A stretch of 64,000 nt of DNA from Erythrobacteraceae bacterium (GCA_027486035.1 JAIXPX010000045.1:22101-86100); one strand, 5' to 3'; positions 11,425 through 22,906 are shown, counted from the first letter of the stretch. Program-made: numbers and translations. The notes: generated from the letters alone by a model not told the origin.

Positions 11425-13359
11425 CTACTGCTCGCCGACCAGCCGCTTGCGCAGTTCGGCGATGCTTTCCTTGTTGCGGGTCACGCCCAGCTCCTTGCGC
11501 ATCGCGGACACGGCCTGCCGGCGATACTCGGTCGACAGCGCCCCGCCCAGCTCGAGGCGGGTCTGGGCGATGAGCTGGGGCTCCTTGTCGAGCGGAAGGG
11601 TGCTGACGTCCTCCAAAGCAACCACATACCAGCCGAGGTCATTCGCCGCCTCGAGGGTCTTGGCCGTGCCCTCGGCCATGCTGAACAGCAGCACCAGCGG
11701 CGGCGCGATGCGTTGGCGCTGCTGGGCGAGAAGCTGGCGGCGCTCGAGATCGATCGGCTCGCGCTCGATGCCTGGCTTGCCTTCGGCGGCCAGCGCGGCG
11801 GCAAGCGGGGTTCCGCCGCGCACCTTGGCAAGCACGCGGTCGGCAGCCTGCCTGGCGAGCAGCGTGCCCTGGGCGCGCTTCCAGCCGGCGACAACCCCGG
11901 CGCGCACGTCGGCAAGCGGGGGCGCGGCGGCTTCATCGACCCGTGCGACCTCGAAGATCACAAAATCCCGGCCCGGCACCACCTCGGCCAGCTGCGGCTC
12001 GCTTTCCTCCATCTGGAAGGCGGTCTGAAGCACCGGGGCAAGCTGCGGCACGATGGTCGCCCGGGGCTCGCCGAACACGGTCCCGTCGGCAAGCAGCGCC
12101 GGTGTGGTCTCGAGGGTGAGGCTATAGGCCTTGGCGACTTCGGCAAGCGCGGTTCCGCCATCGACCTCGCCTTCGATCTCGGCGATGAGGTCCGAGATGG
12201 CGGCCGTGCGCTTTTCGGCGGTGAGCGTCTGGGTGATTTCCGCGGTCGCCTGGGCCAGCGTGCGCGCAGGGGTGCGCTGGATGCTGTCGACCCGTGCGAC
12301 ATACCAGCCGAGCGCGCCCTGCGCGGGATCGGCGAGGGTGCCCTGGGCGGCCTTGAAGACATTGGCGGCAAGGCCCGCGCTGGTCGCGGTGGCAAGCGCC
12401 TGCTGTTCGCGCGGCTCGATCTTCGAGGTCGTGAAGCCGGCCTCGCGCGCCACGGACTCGAGCGCGGCGCCGCCGCGGATGCGGGCAGCCAGCGCCTTCG
12501 CCGCGTCCTGGGTCGGCACGACGAAGCTGGTCACGGCCCGCTTCTCGCTCGCCTGATACCGGGCGGCATCCTTCTGGTAGCGCGCCGCGATCTCGGCGGC
12601 GGTGGGCGCGGCATTGACCTTGAGACTGTCGGCGGAGAAGACGGCAAAACGCAGGGTGCGGCGTTCGGGACGGATGAACCGGGTGCGGTTGTCATTGTAC
12701 CACGCGGCAAGCTGTGCCTCGGTCGGCTCGCCCGCCGGAGCGAAGGCCGCCGAGGGGATCAGCGCGATCTCGCCCTTGCGCTTCTCGAGCACGAGGGCGG
12801 CATACTGGCGCGCCATCTTCTCCGGCATCCGGGGCGCGGCAACCGCCGAGCCGAGCAATTGCTGTTCGAGCAGGCCGGATTCCAGATCGCGGCGGAACAG
12901 CTTGTCGTTGAGCCCGCGCTGGGCGAGGGCGGCCTTGTAGGTGTTCTCGTCGAAGCCGCCGGTGAGGCCCTGGAAGGCCGGAATCTTGAGGATCTCGCTG
13001 TTGACGAGATTGGTGCCTGCGCGCAGGCCGTAGCGGCGGGCATATTCGCCGATAGCGAAGCGGTCGATGAGCTGGCGCTCGACCTCCTCGAGCCCGCCTT
13101 CCGCGATGAATTCGGGCATGGTCAGGGTCGGATTCTGCTGGCGCACCTGATCGAGCGCATTGGCCGCGCTGGTGTTGAGATCGCTGATCGGGATCGCCTT
13201 GCCGCCCACCACCGCCATGCGGTCGGTGTTGGAAATGCCGCCGAAGGTGCTGCCGGAGATGTCCGAGGCGGCGAAGGCGAGCGCCATCAACGCAAGGAAG
13301 GCAAGGACAATCGGCAGGCCGATCTTCGAGGCGAAAAAGCGGCGGAAGAACGAAATCAT
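11425..13359 (-). CDS. PpiD/SurA N-terminal-domain periplasmic chaperone
   Basis: N-terminal membrane anchor, SurA-N-like region, PERR motif; position between trpE and tpiA. Confidence 0.8.
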   Translation of the reverse strand: MISFFRRFFASKIGLPIVLAFLALMALAFAASDISGSTFGGISNTDRMAVVGGKAIPISDLNTSAANALDQVRQQNPTLTMPEFIAEGGLEEVERQLIDRFAIGEYARRYGLRAGTNLVNSEILKIPAFQGLTGGFDENTYKAALAQRGLNDKLFRRDLESGLLEQQLLGSAVAAPRMPEKMARQYAALVLEKRKGEIALIPSAAFAPAGEPTEAQLAAWYNDNRTRFIRPERRTLRFAVFSADSLKVNAAPTAAEIAARYQKDAARYQASEKRAVTSFVVPTQDAAKALAARIRGGAALESVAREAGFTTSKIEPREQQALATATSAGLAANVFKAAQGTLADPAQGALGWYVARVDSIQRTPARTLAQATAEITQTLTAEKRTAAISDLIAEIEGEVDGGTALAEVAKAYSLTLETTPALLADGTVFGEPRATIVPQLAPVLQTAFQMEESEPQLAEVVPGRDFVIFEVARVDEAAAPPLADVRAGVVAGWKRAQGTLLARQAADRVLAKVRGGTPLAAALAAEGKPGIEREPIDLERRQLLAQQRQRIAPPLVLLFSMAEGTAKTLEAANDLGWYVVALEDVSTLPLDKEPQLIAQTRLELGGALSTEYRRQAVSAMRKELGVTRNKESIAELRKRLVGEQ

Positions 13360-13603
13360 GTGCGTATTAACCCGATCCCAGGCTGGCTGACGGCGAGACG
13401 CGCGGCCCCGTGCGGGCGGCCGTGACGGTCGCTGCGCGCGGTGCGCTTTATAGGCCATGCGACCGCGCGGCAACAGGTCAGCGCGGGTTTTGACAGTCGC
13501 GTCGTGCACCGCTAGCGGACGCGGCCCCGGGCCACTACAGCCAAAACAGAATCGCAGGACCCCGGCCGTTCCCTCTCAACAACCAAGAAGTGCGACGACA
13601 CAC

Positions 13604-14377
13604 ATGACCCGCCGGCCTTATATCGTCGGAAACTGGAAGATGCATGGCACCCGCGCGATGCTCTCTGAAGCGCGCGCGATCGACCGTGCGGCGCAGCGTC
13701 ACCCCAAGGTCGAGGTGGCGATCGCGCCCCCCTACACGCTGATCCACCCGATCCATCGCGAGGCCGAGCAGATCGCCGTCGGCGCACAGGATTGCCACGA
13801 GGCCGAGGGCGGGGCGCATACCGGTGACATCTCGGCAGCGATGGTGGCCGATGCGGGTGCGACTTTCGTGATCCTCGGCCATTCGGAGCGCCGTCAGGGC
13901 CATGGCGAAAGCGACGCGCTGGTGCGCGCCAAGGCCGGAGCGGCTTTCGCTGCGGGTCTGCGCGTCATCATGTGCTGCGGCGAGACTGCGGCGACCCGCG
14001 AATCGGGCGAGGCGGTGGCCTTCGTGCGCGGCCAGCTCGCCGCCTCGCTGCCGCCCGTCGGCGAGCTGCCCGCCGAGATCGCCGAGCGCCTGTGTGTCGC
14101 CTACGAGCCGATCTGGGCGATCGGCACCGGCACGGCCGCGACCACCGGGGACATCGCCGAGATGCACCGCGCAATCCGCGCCTTGCTGGTCGAACTTCTG
14201 GGCGAGGAACATGGCCCCGAGGTACGCATCCTCTACGGCGGTTCGGTCAAGCCCGAGAACGCCGCCGCGATCTTCGCCGTGCCCGAGGTCGGCGGAGCGC
14301 TGGTGGGCGGCGCGAGCCTCACGGCCGACAGTTTCATGGGCATCGCCCTCGCCGCGACCGAGCCTTTCGTCAGCTGA
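13604..14377 (+). CDS. tpiA: triosephosphate isomerase
   Basis: GNWKM, GHSERR, AYEPIWAIGTG, LYGGSVK, LVGGASL. Confidence 0.97.
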   Translation: MTRRPYIVGNWKMHGTRAMLSEARAIDRAAQRHPKVEVAIAPPYTLIHPIHREAEQIAVGAQDCHEAEGGAHTGDISAAMVADAGATFVILGHSERRQGHGESDALVRAKAGAAFAAGLRVIMCCGETAATRESGEAVAFVRGQLAASLPPVGELPAEIAERLCVAYEPIWAIGTGTAATTGDIAEMHRAIRALLVELLGEEHGPEVRILYGGSVKPENAAAIFAVPEVGGALVGGASLTADSFMGIALAATEPFVS

Positions 14378-14498
14378 TCGCCATGTCCTCGAGGCGGGGA
14401 GGGGCGCCCCGCCCGGGCTTGCCGGACGGGGTTTGCGGCCCTACATGGCGCGCAGCAACCACCGGACGCGCCCCGCGTCCAGCCACGAGATTTCCTCC

Positions 14499-14894
14499 AT
14501 GTCCGTATTCCTGTTCCTCACCGTGATCCAGGCTCTCGTCGCCGCCGCGCTGGTCGGCGTTGTGCTCATGCAGCGCTCCGAAGGGGGCGGTCTGGGTATC
14601 GGGTCGAGTCCGGGCGGTGCTTTCGGGGCGCGCGGTGCGGCGGATTTCCTGACCCGCTCGACCAAGTGGCTGGCGATCACCTTCGTGGTGCTGGCGATCG
14701 CGCTTGCCGGTTTGGCTGTGCGCGAGAGCCGCGTTGGCGGGGTGACGAGCACGCTTGAGCGCACCGCGCCCAAGCCGCTCGATCCGCTGGCAGAGCCCGT
14801 TCCGGCGGCACCGGCTCCTGCCGGGGTTCCGGCCGAAGCGCCCTCCGAAGGCAGCGGCGCGCCAGCGCCCGCTCCGGCGCTGCCGGCACAGTAA
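14499..14894 (+). CDS. secG: preprotein translocase subunit SecG
   Basis: VLMQRSEGGGLG, ADFLTRST, two TM helices; tpiA-secG-pyrG order. Confidence 0.92.
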   Translation: MSVFLFLTVIQALVAAALVGVVLMQRSEGGGLGIGSSPGGAFGARGAADFLTRSTKWLAITFVVLAIALAGLAVRESRVGGVTSTLERTAPKPLDPLAEPVPAAPAPAGVPAEAPSEGSGAPAPAPALPAQ

Positions 14895-15022
14895 ACCCTG
14901 TGCCCGGGGCCGGGTGACCGCCCTCTGACAGCCCGCTCGCGGGCATCCATTCCAACAGCCCTGTGGATGGCAGGCGCCTGACGCCTGCAATTCGCTTGCG
15001 CCGAATCCCTCCTGTTGCTTAA

Positions 15023-16672
<1,650 letters not shown>

Positions 16673-16884
16673 GCCGGCCTATCACTTTTCAGTGCATAAA
16701 TGGGCCGGTCGGATCGGGTGGGGACGGCATTTGGCTTAATTATCTGGTTTAATTTTCAAAGCTTTGATTTGCCTTGCCTATATTTGACCGCCATTTCTTG
16801 CGGGACTTGCAGATAGCCCTTGCGCGATCTCGCGATTAGGCATTAGACGACAATTCTGATTTGCGGATTCCAAGGGCTTGCAGC

Positions 16885-17015
16885 GCATCCGGCGTGGTGG
16901 GCGAACCCGCGAACGAGCTTGCAGATCTTGTCCGTCTTCTGCGACCCGGATGTACAGGATCATGCGAGGCGGCGAAAGCCGCTGGGGGCGGACCGCAAGG
17001 TCCGCCCCCTTTCAT
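16885..17015 (+). ncRNA. candidate structured small RNA (or long structured pyrG 3' UTR)
   Basis: three-way junction at 16885-16953, GAAA-tetraloop hairpin at 16969-16982, terminator at 16984-17012; no credible ORF. Confidence 0.35.
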
Positions 17016-17017
17016 TT
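16984..17017 (+). terminator. intrinsic terminator
   Basis: 11-bp stem GGGGGCGGACC-GCAA-GGTCCGCCCCC followed by TTTCATTT. Confidence 0.8.
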
Positions 17018-17040
17018 GGCCATTGGTAAAGCTGGTCCGA

Positions 17041-17520
17041 TCAGGCGGCGCTGGCGGCGTCTTCGCTGTCGCCGCTCGGGACGGCGGTGAGCGTCGCGCT
17101 GCCGCCGATCGCGATCTTGCGCGGCTTCATCGCATCGGGAATTTCGCGCACGAGGTCGATGATGAGGAGGCCATCGGCAAGGTCGGCGCGCTCGACCCGC
17201 ACGAAATCGGCGAGCTCGAAACGGCGCTCGAAGCCGCGATTGGCGATCCCGACGTGGAGCAGTTCCGAGCCGTCCTCGATCTCCTCGCGCTTCTTGCCCT
17301 GCACGACCAGCAGGTTCTGCTGCGCGGTGATGTCGATGTCCTGCGAGCGGAAGCCGGCCACCGCAACGGTGATGCGGTAATTGTCCTCGCCGCGGCGCGA
17401 GATGTTGAAGGGGGGGTAATTGTCGCCCGCATTGAGGCGCGCCTGGTTCTCCAGCAGGTCGAACAGGCGATCAAAGCCGACGGTGGAGCGGCGGTAGGGG
17501 GTGAAATCGAAACGCGACAT
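17041..17520 (-). CDS. ibpA: small heat shock protein, Hsp20/IbpA family
   Basis: RSTVGFDRLF, NYPPFNI, AVAGF, HVGIANRGFERRFELAD, GLLIIDL. Confidence 0.92.
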   Translation of the reverse strand: MSRFDFTPYRRSTVGFDRLFDLLENQARLNAGDNYPPFNISRRGEDNYRITVAVAGFRSQDIDITAQQNLLVVQGKKREEIEDGSELLHVGIANRGFERRFELADFVRVERADLADGLLIIDLVREIPDAMKPRKIAIGGSATLTAVPSGDSEDAASAA

Positions 17521-17550
17521 GGGCAAATCCTCTTGCTGAGCGATTTTGTC
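17521..17550 (-). promoter_or_regulatory. ROSE-like RNA thermometer hairpin
   Basis: minus strand AAAUC(G)CUC-agcaa-GAGGAUUU: UCGCU motif with a bulged G pairs with the SD of the sHSP gene. Confidence 0.8.
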
Positions 17551-17631
17551 TGACGCGGGCCTGCCGGATGCAGCACCCACCTTGCCGCCTTGTGCGTTCC
17601 CCGGGGACTGGCGAAACGCGGCGACCCGGCT

Positions 17632-17660
17632 TATCTGGTTTGCCGAACACCGCTTTCAAG
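17632..17660 (-). promoter_or_regulatory. RpoH (sigma32)-type promoter of ibpA
   Basis: minus strand CTTGAA-N16-CCAGATA. Confidence 0.7.
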
Positions 17661-17670
17661 AGGGACAAGC

Positions 17671-17934
17671 ATGGCCGCCCCCAAGATCGATATCTACACC
17701 AAGTTCGCCTGTCCGTTCTGCGTGCGCGCCAAGCGCCTGCTGACCGAGAAGGGCGCGGTGTTCACCGAATATGACATCACCATGGGCGGGCCCAAGCGGG
17801 AAGAGATGCTCGCCCGCGCACCGAATGCGATGACCGTGCCGCAGATCTTCATCGGCGAGACCCACGTGGGCGGGAGCGACGATCTCGCCGCGCTCGAGCG
17901 CGCCGGCAAGCTCGACGCGCTGCTGGCCGGATAG
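17671..17934 (+). CDS. grxC: glutaredoxin 3
   Basis: CPFC active site, TVPQIFI, GGSDDL. Confidence 0.94.
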   Translation: MAAPKIDIYTKFACPFCVRAKRLLTEKGAVFTEYDITMGGPKREEMLARAPNAMTVPQIFIGETHVGGSDDLAALERAGKLDALLAG

Positions 17935-17947
17935 GGCTCGCGGGCTG

Positions 17948-18769
17948 ATGCCGAGGATCGCGGTGTTGCAGATGTGCTCGGGGATCGACCCCGGGCGCAA
18001 TTTCGATAGGATCCGGGACGCCGCTTTCGCCGCGCGCGAGGGCGGGGCCGAGATGCTGTTCACGCCCGAGATGAGCCTGCTGCTCGACCGCGACCGGACG
18101 CGGGCGGCGCCGCATATCGTGCCGCAGGGCGAGTCCCCCTATGCCGCCATGCTGGGCAAGGTCGCGCAGGAGTGCGGGCTCACGATAGCGCTGGGATCGA
18201 TGGCGGTGGCGGTGCCGGGCGGCCGCAGCGCGAACCGTTCGATGCTCTTCCCGCCCGGCGGCGAGCGTCCGACGACCTACGACAAGATCCACATGTTCGA
18301 CGTCGACCTCGCCTCCGGCGAGAGCTGGCGGGAGAGCAATGCCTATGAGCCGGGGCGCGCGGTGGTGACGGTCGAGGATACGCCCGTCGGCAGGCTGGGG
18401 CTTGCCGTGTGCTATGACCTGCGCTTCCCCGCGCTGTTCGGCGCGTTTGGCGACCGGCGCTGCGACACCATCGCCGTCCCCGCCGCCTTCACGCGGCCCA
18501 CCGGCGCTGCCCATTGGCACGTCATGTTGCGCGCCCGCGCCATCGAGGCGCAGGCCTTCGTCATCGCTGCCGCGCAGGTCGGAAAGCATGATGATGGCCG
18601 CGAGACCTATGGCCACAGCCTCGTCGTCGACCCATGGGGCCAGGTGCTGCTCGACATGGGCGGGGATGGGCCGGGCCTTGCCTTTTGCGACATCGACCTT
18701 GGCCGCGTCGCCGAGGTGCGCGCGCAGGTTCCCGCACTTGCCAATCGGCGCGAAATCGCCAAATCGTGA
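17948..18769 (+). CDS. carbon-nitrogen hydrolase (Nit1-like deaminated glutathione amidase)
   Basis: FTPE, YDKIHMFDV, CYDLRFP, RARAIE, TYGHS. Confidence 0.9.
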   Translation: MPRIAVLQMCSGIDPGRNFDRIRDAAFAAREGGAEMLFTPEMSLLLDRDRTRAAPHIVPQGESPYAAMLGKVAQECGLTIALGSMAVAVPGGRSANRSMLFPPGGERPTTYDKIHMFDVDLASGESWRESNAYEPGRAVVTVEDTPVGRLGLAVCYDLRFPALFGAFGDRRCDTIAVPAAFTRPTGAAHWHVMLRARAIEAQAFVIAAAQVGKHDDGRETYGHSLVVDPWGQVLLDMGGDGPGLAFCDIDLGRVAEVRAQVPALANRREIAKS

Positions 18770-18775
18770 CCCGCG

Positions 18776-19240
18776 ATGATCGTCTACGACCTTGCCTGCA
18801 TCGAAGGCCACCGTTTCGAGGGCTGGTTCGGCTCCTCGGGTGATTACGAGGACCAGCGCGCGCGCGGGCTGCTGATCTGCCCGACCTGTGGCGCGGCTGA
18901 GGTTGCCAAGGCTCCGATGGCCCCCGCGGTGCCCGCCAAGGGCAACCAGCGGCAGGAGGTGCTAGCGCCCGCAACGCGGCCGATGGCGAACACGCCGCTT
19001 CCGCCCGAGGTGCAGCAGGCGCTGGCCGCGCTTGCCAAGGTGCAGGCCGAGGCGCTCAAGCACTCGACATGGGTTGGCGACAGATTTGTCGAGGAAACCC
19101 GCAAGATGCACTATGGCGAGCGTGACGAGGCCCCGATCCACGGGCAGGCGAGCCTCGCCGAGGCCAAGGCGCTGATCGAGGAGGGTGTGCCGGTCGCCCC
19201 GCTGCCGTTCCCCGTTGCTCCAACGGAAAAGCTGAATTGA
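18776..19240 (+). CDS. DUF1178 family protein
   Basis: MIVYDLAC..GHRFEGWF, CPTCG, KAPMAP, RKMHYGE. Confidence 0.88.
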   Translation: MIVYDLACIEGHRFEGWFGSSGDYEDQRARGLLICPTCGAAEVAKAPMAPAVPAKGNQRQEVLAPATRPMANTPLPPEVQQALAALAKVQAEALKHSTWVGDRFVEETRKMHYGERDEAPIHGQASLAEAKALIEEGVPVAPLPFPVAPTEKLN

Positions 19241-19311
19241 TTGGGGGCGGCGGTCGGCCTGGTGACCCCCGATGTTGCGCCGGTCGCTGACGCTGCTATT
19301 GGAGGCGGCGG

Positions 19312-19388
19312 GACCCCGTAGCTCAGCAGGATAGAGCACCAGATTCCTAATCTGGGGGCCACAGGTTCGAATCCTGTCGGGGTCACCA
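19312..19388 (+). tRNA. tRNA-Arg(CCT)
   Basis: acceptor GACCCCG/CGGGGTC, anticodon arm CCAGA-TTCCTAA-TCTGG, GGTTCGAATCC, encoded CCA. Confidence 0.97.
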
Positions 19389-19690
19389 TCTTTTCGTTTT
19401 TGCGGTGATCAAAACGGGTGCCCGGTCGGGGGCGGCCCTGTGTGGTCGCACGCGTGGGGGGTCATGCAGCAAATCGCCATCCAAACTGCAAATCATACCG
19501 ATGAGAGACGACGGCAGGGGTATAGAGCTGCGCTAATCCGACAATACAAACGATCCCCGGTGAAGTTATCCTTCGAGATCACTCTAATGGGTGTATAGTA
19601 TCAAATTTGACCGAACTCCCTTATTAATGTTACAAATGAAAATAATGCATCGCTTCGACCGGAAGCGGATTAATGGGGGAAGATCACTCT

Positions 19691-20422
19691 ATGCGAAACA
19701 GTGGGTATTCTGCGCGCATTTCCATCGTTCTCTTGGCCGGATTGCTCGCCGCGTGCGGGGGCGGCGGTGATGGCGCGGACAATCGCTTCGCCAATGCCGA
19801 CGCAGCACCAAACGTGCTCATCCGCGATCTCGATGTCTATCGCCTCGTCGGCAATGAAGAATACGTGAAAATTCCGATCTCTGACGATCTCTCGCAATCC
19901 GCCGCACAGAAACTCTTCACGGCAAGTGCCGACAACCTCTACTTCGACGCTGCGCTCTACTACAGGAATGGGTCGGTCTATTATAAGATCCTGTCGTCCA
20001 TACGGCGGGACAAGGAGGGCAACCTCCTGCACGCAGACCCGTCTGCCGTGGAGTCCGCGGTGGACAAGACGAGCAGCCTCTTGTTCCGTTTGAGCTTCGT
20101 GAACGAGGTCGATGGGCGCGAGGTCACGATGCCTATCAACGCCATCTACGTCGATCCGCGCAGCTATACCCGCATGGAGGGTGAACGGCTCGTGAAGGGC
20201 AAGCGGGAAATCATGCTCGAATACGTCGGCATTCTGCCGGATATGCCGCCCAGCATCTTCAAGCGCATCAATGCGCTGGACGTGACCTGGTCCACATCGA
20301 ACGAGGCATCCGTCGATGCCGCCGCTGCGGCAGCGGCTCCGGCTCCCTATGTTCCTGTGGACCCGGCAGTCGAGGCGGCACCGATGGATTACGATCCCGC
20401 CTATGACGACGCAGCCTATTGA
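19691..20422 (+). CDS. hypothetical lipoprotein
   Basis: signal peptide with LLAAC lipobox; acidic Ala/Pro-rich tail; no family recognised. Confidence 0.7.
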   Translation: MRNSGYSARISIVLLAGLLAACGGGGDGADNRFANADAAPNVLIRDLDVYRLVGNEEYVKIPISDDLSQSAAQKLFTASADNLYFDAALYYRNGSVYYKILSSIRRDKEGNLLHADPSAVESAVDKTSSLLFRLSFVNEVDGREVTMPINAIYVDPRSYTRMEGERLVKGKREIMLEYVGILPDMPPSIFKRINALDVTWSTSNEASVDAAAAAAAPAPYVPVDPAVEAAPMDYDPAYDDAAY

Positions 20423-20465
20423 GCAGGCTGGTCGTGACGTAAGCAGCCGGGGGAGGGCGCAAGGT

Positions 20466-21419
20466 TTGAGACAATGGCGACAGCCAGGCGCGAGGGTTTT
20501 GGCCCTGGCCCTGCTCGTGACCTCCCTCGGGGCTTGCGGTGACCTCGAGAAAGCGGCGGACAAGAAAGAGGTTGCCTGCAAATCCTCGGGCGCGATTGCG
20601 GCCCTGAAGCGTCATGTGTTGCAGGCGGCCATGACCAGCGACAGCCGAGCGGGGATCGTCGGTGACCTGGGTAACATCCTGAGGTATCAGGCCGAGAACG
20701 GCCCGGAAGACTTCCGCAGCAGCTTCCAGAGCGCGCTGGTGGAACTGCAGCAGGTTTCCCGGTCCGTAGACCCCACGACCGAGCTGGTCGCGCTGAACGT
20801 TTCGGACGTCGTCGAGCGGGGGCCATCGGAGACAGGCGAGAGCCTGTGCTGGGCGCGGGTGCAAGCCGATTTGCCGGCGACTGCGGTCATGCCCGTAGCC
20901 GATATGTCGCAACTGCTTGCCGGCAGTTACAGTTGGGACCCGGGCAGCCTGGCCGAGAGCGTGTCGATCGAACTGTTCTACACTGTTCAGGGAGGGTCTC
21001 GCCCCTCTGTCATCGAATCCGACCTCGCGTCGGCCGATGCCATGCCGGTTGGAAAGCTTGGCTATCTCGTGCAGGTCGCGCCGGTGTTCCTCAGACCTTT
21101 CGAGGCGATGCGGAAGGCCGAGGACGCACGGGAACGCGAACTCGCCGCGGCGAAAAGCCGCGTCATTGAGCTCACCTTGTCCGAGGCGCGCCTCGCCTAC
21201 GCACAATCCGATGCGGCATTGAATGCGGCTTGGCGAGACCTTGCGGAGAGCCAGCGGAAGTCTCTGGCTCCCCAGCAGCGCCAGTGGCTGCGTTCGCGCG
21301 ATGCACGATGCGACCTTCTGGGGAAGGAATACTCCGGCGACGCCACCGAAAGCGAGATCGTCAAGCTGCAATGCATGGCGCAGGCAAATGTCGCGCGGAC
21401 CAGTGCGCTAGGGGGATGA
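20466..21419 (+). CDS. putative lipoprotein with C-terminal LprI (DUF1311)-like domain
   Basis: SLGAC lipobox; C-terminal DAALNAAW..L..QRQWLRSRDARC...C pattern; TTG start inferred. Confidence 0.65.
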   Translation: MRQWRQPGARVLALALLVTSLGACGDLEKAADKKEVACKSSGAIAALKRHVLQAAMTSDSRAGIVGDLGNILRYQAENGPEDFRSSFQSALVELQQVSRSVDPTTELVALNVSDVVERGPSETGESLCWARVQADLPATAVMPVADMSQLLAGSYSWDPGSLAESVSIELFYTVQGGSRPSVIESDLASADAMPVGKLGYLVQVAPVFLRPFEAMRKAEDARERELAAAKSRVIELTLSEARLAYAQSDAALNAAWRDLAESQRKSLAPQQRQWLRSRDARCDLLGKEYSGDATESEIVKLQCMAQANVARTSALGG

Positions 21420-21562
21420 TGATCGCCGCCGGGCGGGATGGGCGCTGCCCCGGATTACGATGAGGTCACGCGCCGACTGTCTGATGGGGGGCAGCGTGAA
21501 CGCGCGCCGGTCGGTGGCGGCAGCCCCGGCGTCCGGTCATCACCGGGCCCCTGTCTCCACCA

Positions 21563-22777
21563 TCAGCCTGGCTGTGTGATCCGCCAGCGCCGTTCCGCGT
21601 GGATGGCGAGCGCCAGAACGCAGCCCGACATGGCGGCCAGCAGCACGCAGGTCGCACCCCAGCCGCCCCATGCGAACACCGCCGTGCCTGCCGCGCTGCC
21701 GATCGCGCCGCCCACGAACATGGTCACGACATAGCTGGTGGTGAGCCGCGTGCGAATATCGGGCGCGAGGGTGAAGAGCGTCATGCGGCCTGTCACATCG
21801 ATGCTCGGTCCGACAAGGTTGACGATGAACAGCGGCACGAGAACGGTCCAGATGCTGAAACCGAGGGGGTAGAACAGGGCAATGCCGGCAAATTGCACCA
21901 CCGCAGCCGCGATGCGCGCACGGCGCGGCCCGACGCGGTCGGCCCAGCGTCCGATCCTCGGCGTGGTGACGACACTGATTGCGGCGATTCCGGCGAGGTA
22001 TCCGACATCATCGGTGCCATAGCCCATTGGCGCGCCGGTCAGATGCAGCGACAGCGCCAGCCAGCTTGCGGTGAAGATTGCGAAGTTCAATCCCTGCATT
22101 GCTGACGAAAGGCGCATGTCGGGGTGCCTTGCGGCCAGGCTGAAGACCGAGGCGATCAGCCCGCCATAGCCTGCTTGCGGTTGCTTGGGTGGGCTTGCCT
22201 CGGTCCGCATCGCGAAGGGCAGGAAGGCGCTCACCGCGACCATCAGCACGAAGGCGCAGACATAGACCGTGTGCCAGTCGGCCCGCGCGGCGATGATCCC
22301 CGCGCCGACCCGGGCGACGAGGATGCCGAAGATGACGGCCGCGGTGAGCTGCGCTGTGACCTGCCCCAGTCGTTCGGGTGCGACCCGCTTCGAGGCGAAG
22401 GCGGGGATCAGATAGGGCGCTATGGTGAAGAAGCCGAGCATGGTCGAGGCCGCGGTGAACAGCGCGAAGCCGGGTGCGAGCACCATGCCGCCAAGGCACA
22501 GGGTCTGCCCGGCGACGAAGATCAGGCACAGCTTGCGGTTCGAGATGAAGTCGCCGAGCGGAAGCAGCAGCAGGATGCCGAGCGCGAGCGCGAGCTGGTT
22601 CAGCGCCGGCACCAGGCCGATCTGCGCCTCGCCCACGCCGAAGCCGCGCGCGACATCACCGATCATCGGGTGGATGTAATAGGCATTGGCCGTCACCACC
22701 GCGATGGTGAGCGCGAGCGCGCGTTCCTGCGTGCGGGTCAGGTAGGCAAGGGCAGGCGGGGCGGGGGTCTGGTCCAT
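21563..22777 (-). CDS. MFS transporter
   Basis: about 12 hydrophobic helices; ANAYYIHP, LLLPLGD, GRWADRVG motifs. Confidence 0.9.
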   Translation of the reverse strand: MDQTPAPPALAYLTRTQERALALTIAVVTANAYYIHPMIGDVARGFGVGEAQIGLVPALNQLALALGILLLLPLGDFISNRKLCLIFVAGQTLCLGGMVLAPGFALFTAASTMLGFFTIAPYLIPAFASKRVAPERLGQVTAQLTAAVIFGILVARVGAGIIAARADWHTVYVCAFVLMVAVSAFLPFAMRTEASPPKQPQAGYGGLIASVFSLAARHPDMRLSSAMQGLNFAIFTASWLALSLHLTGAPMGYGTDDVGYLAGIAAISVVTTPRIGRWADRVGPRRARIAAAVVQFAGIALFYPLGFSIWTVLVPLFIVNLVGPSIDVTGRMTLFTLAPDIRTRLTTSYVVTMFVGGAIGSAAGTAVFAWGGWGATCVLLAAMSGCVLALAIHAERRWRITQPG

Positions 22778-22906
22778 TCTGGCTGTCGGTAGCAGATCGA
22801 AACCGGATTGCCATTCCCCGCGTCTTGTCGAAAAGCAGGCAAATTGATCAGGTGGACTTGCCGGCCCCGAGCGGGCAAGCCTCCGCCGCCAACAGGAGGA
22901 TCATCC

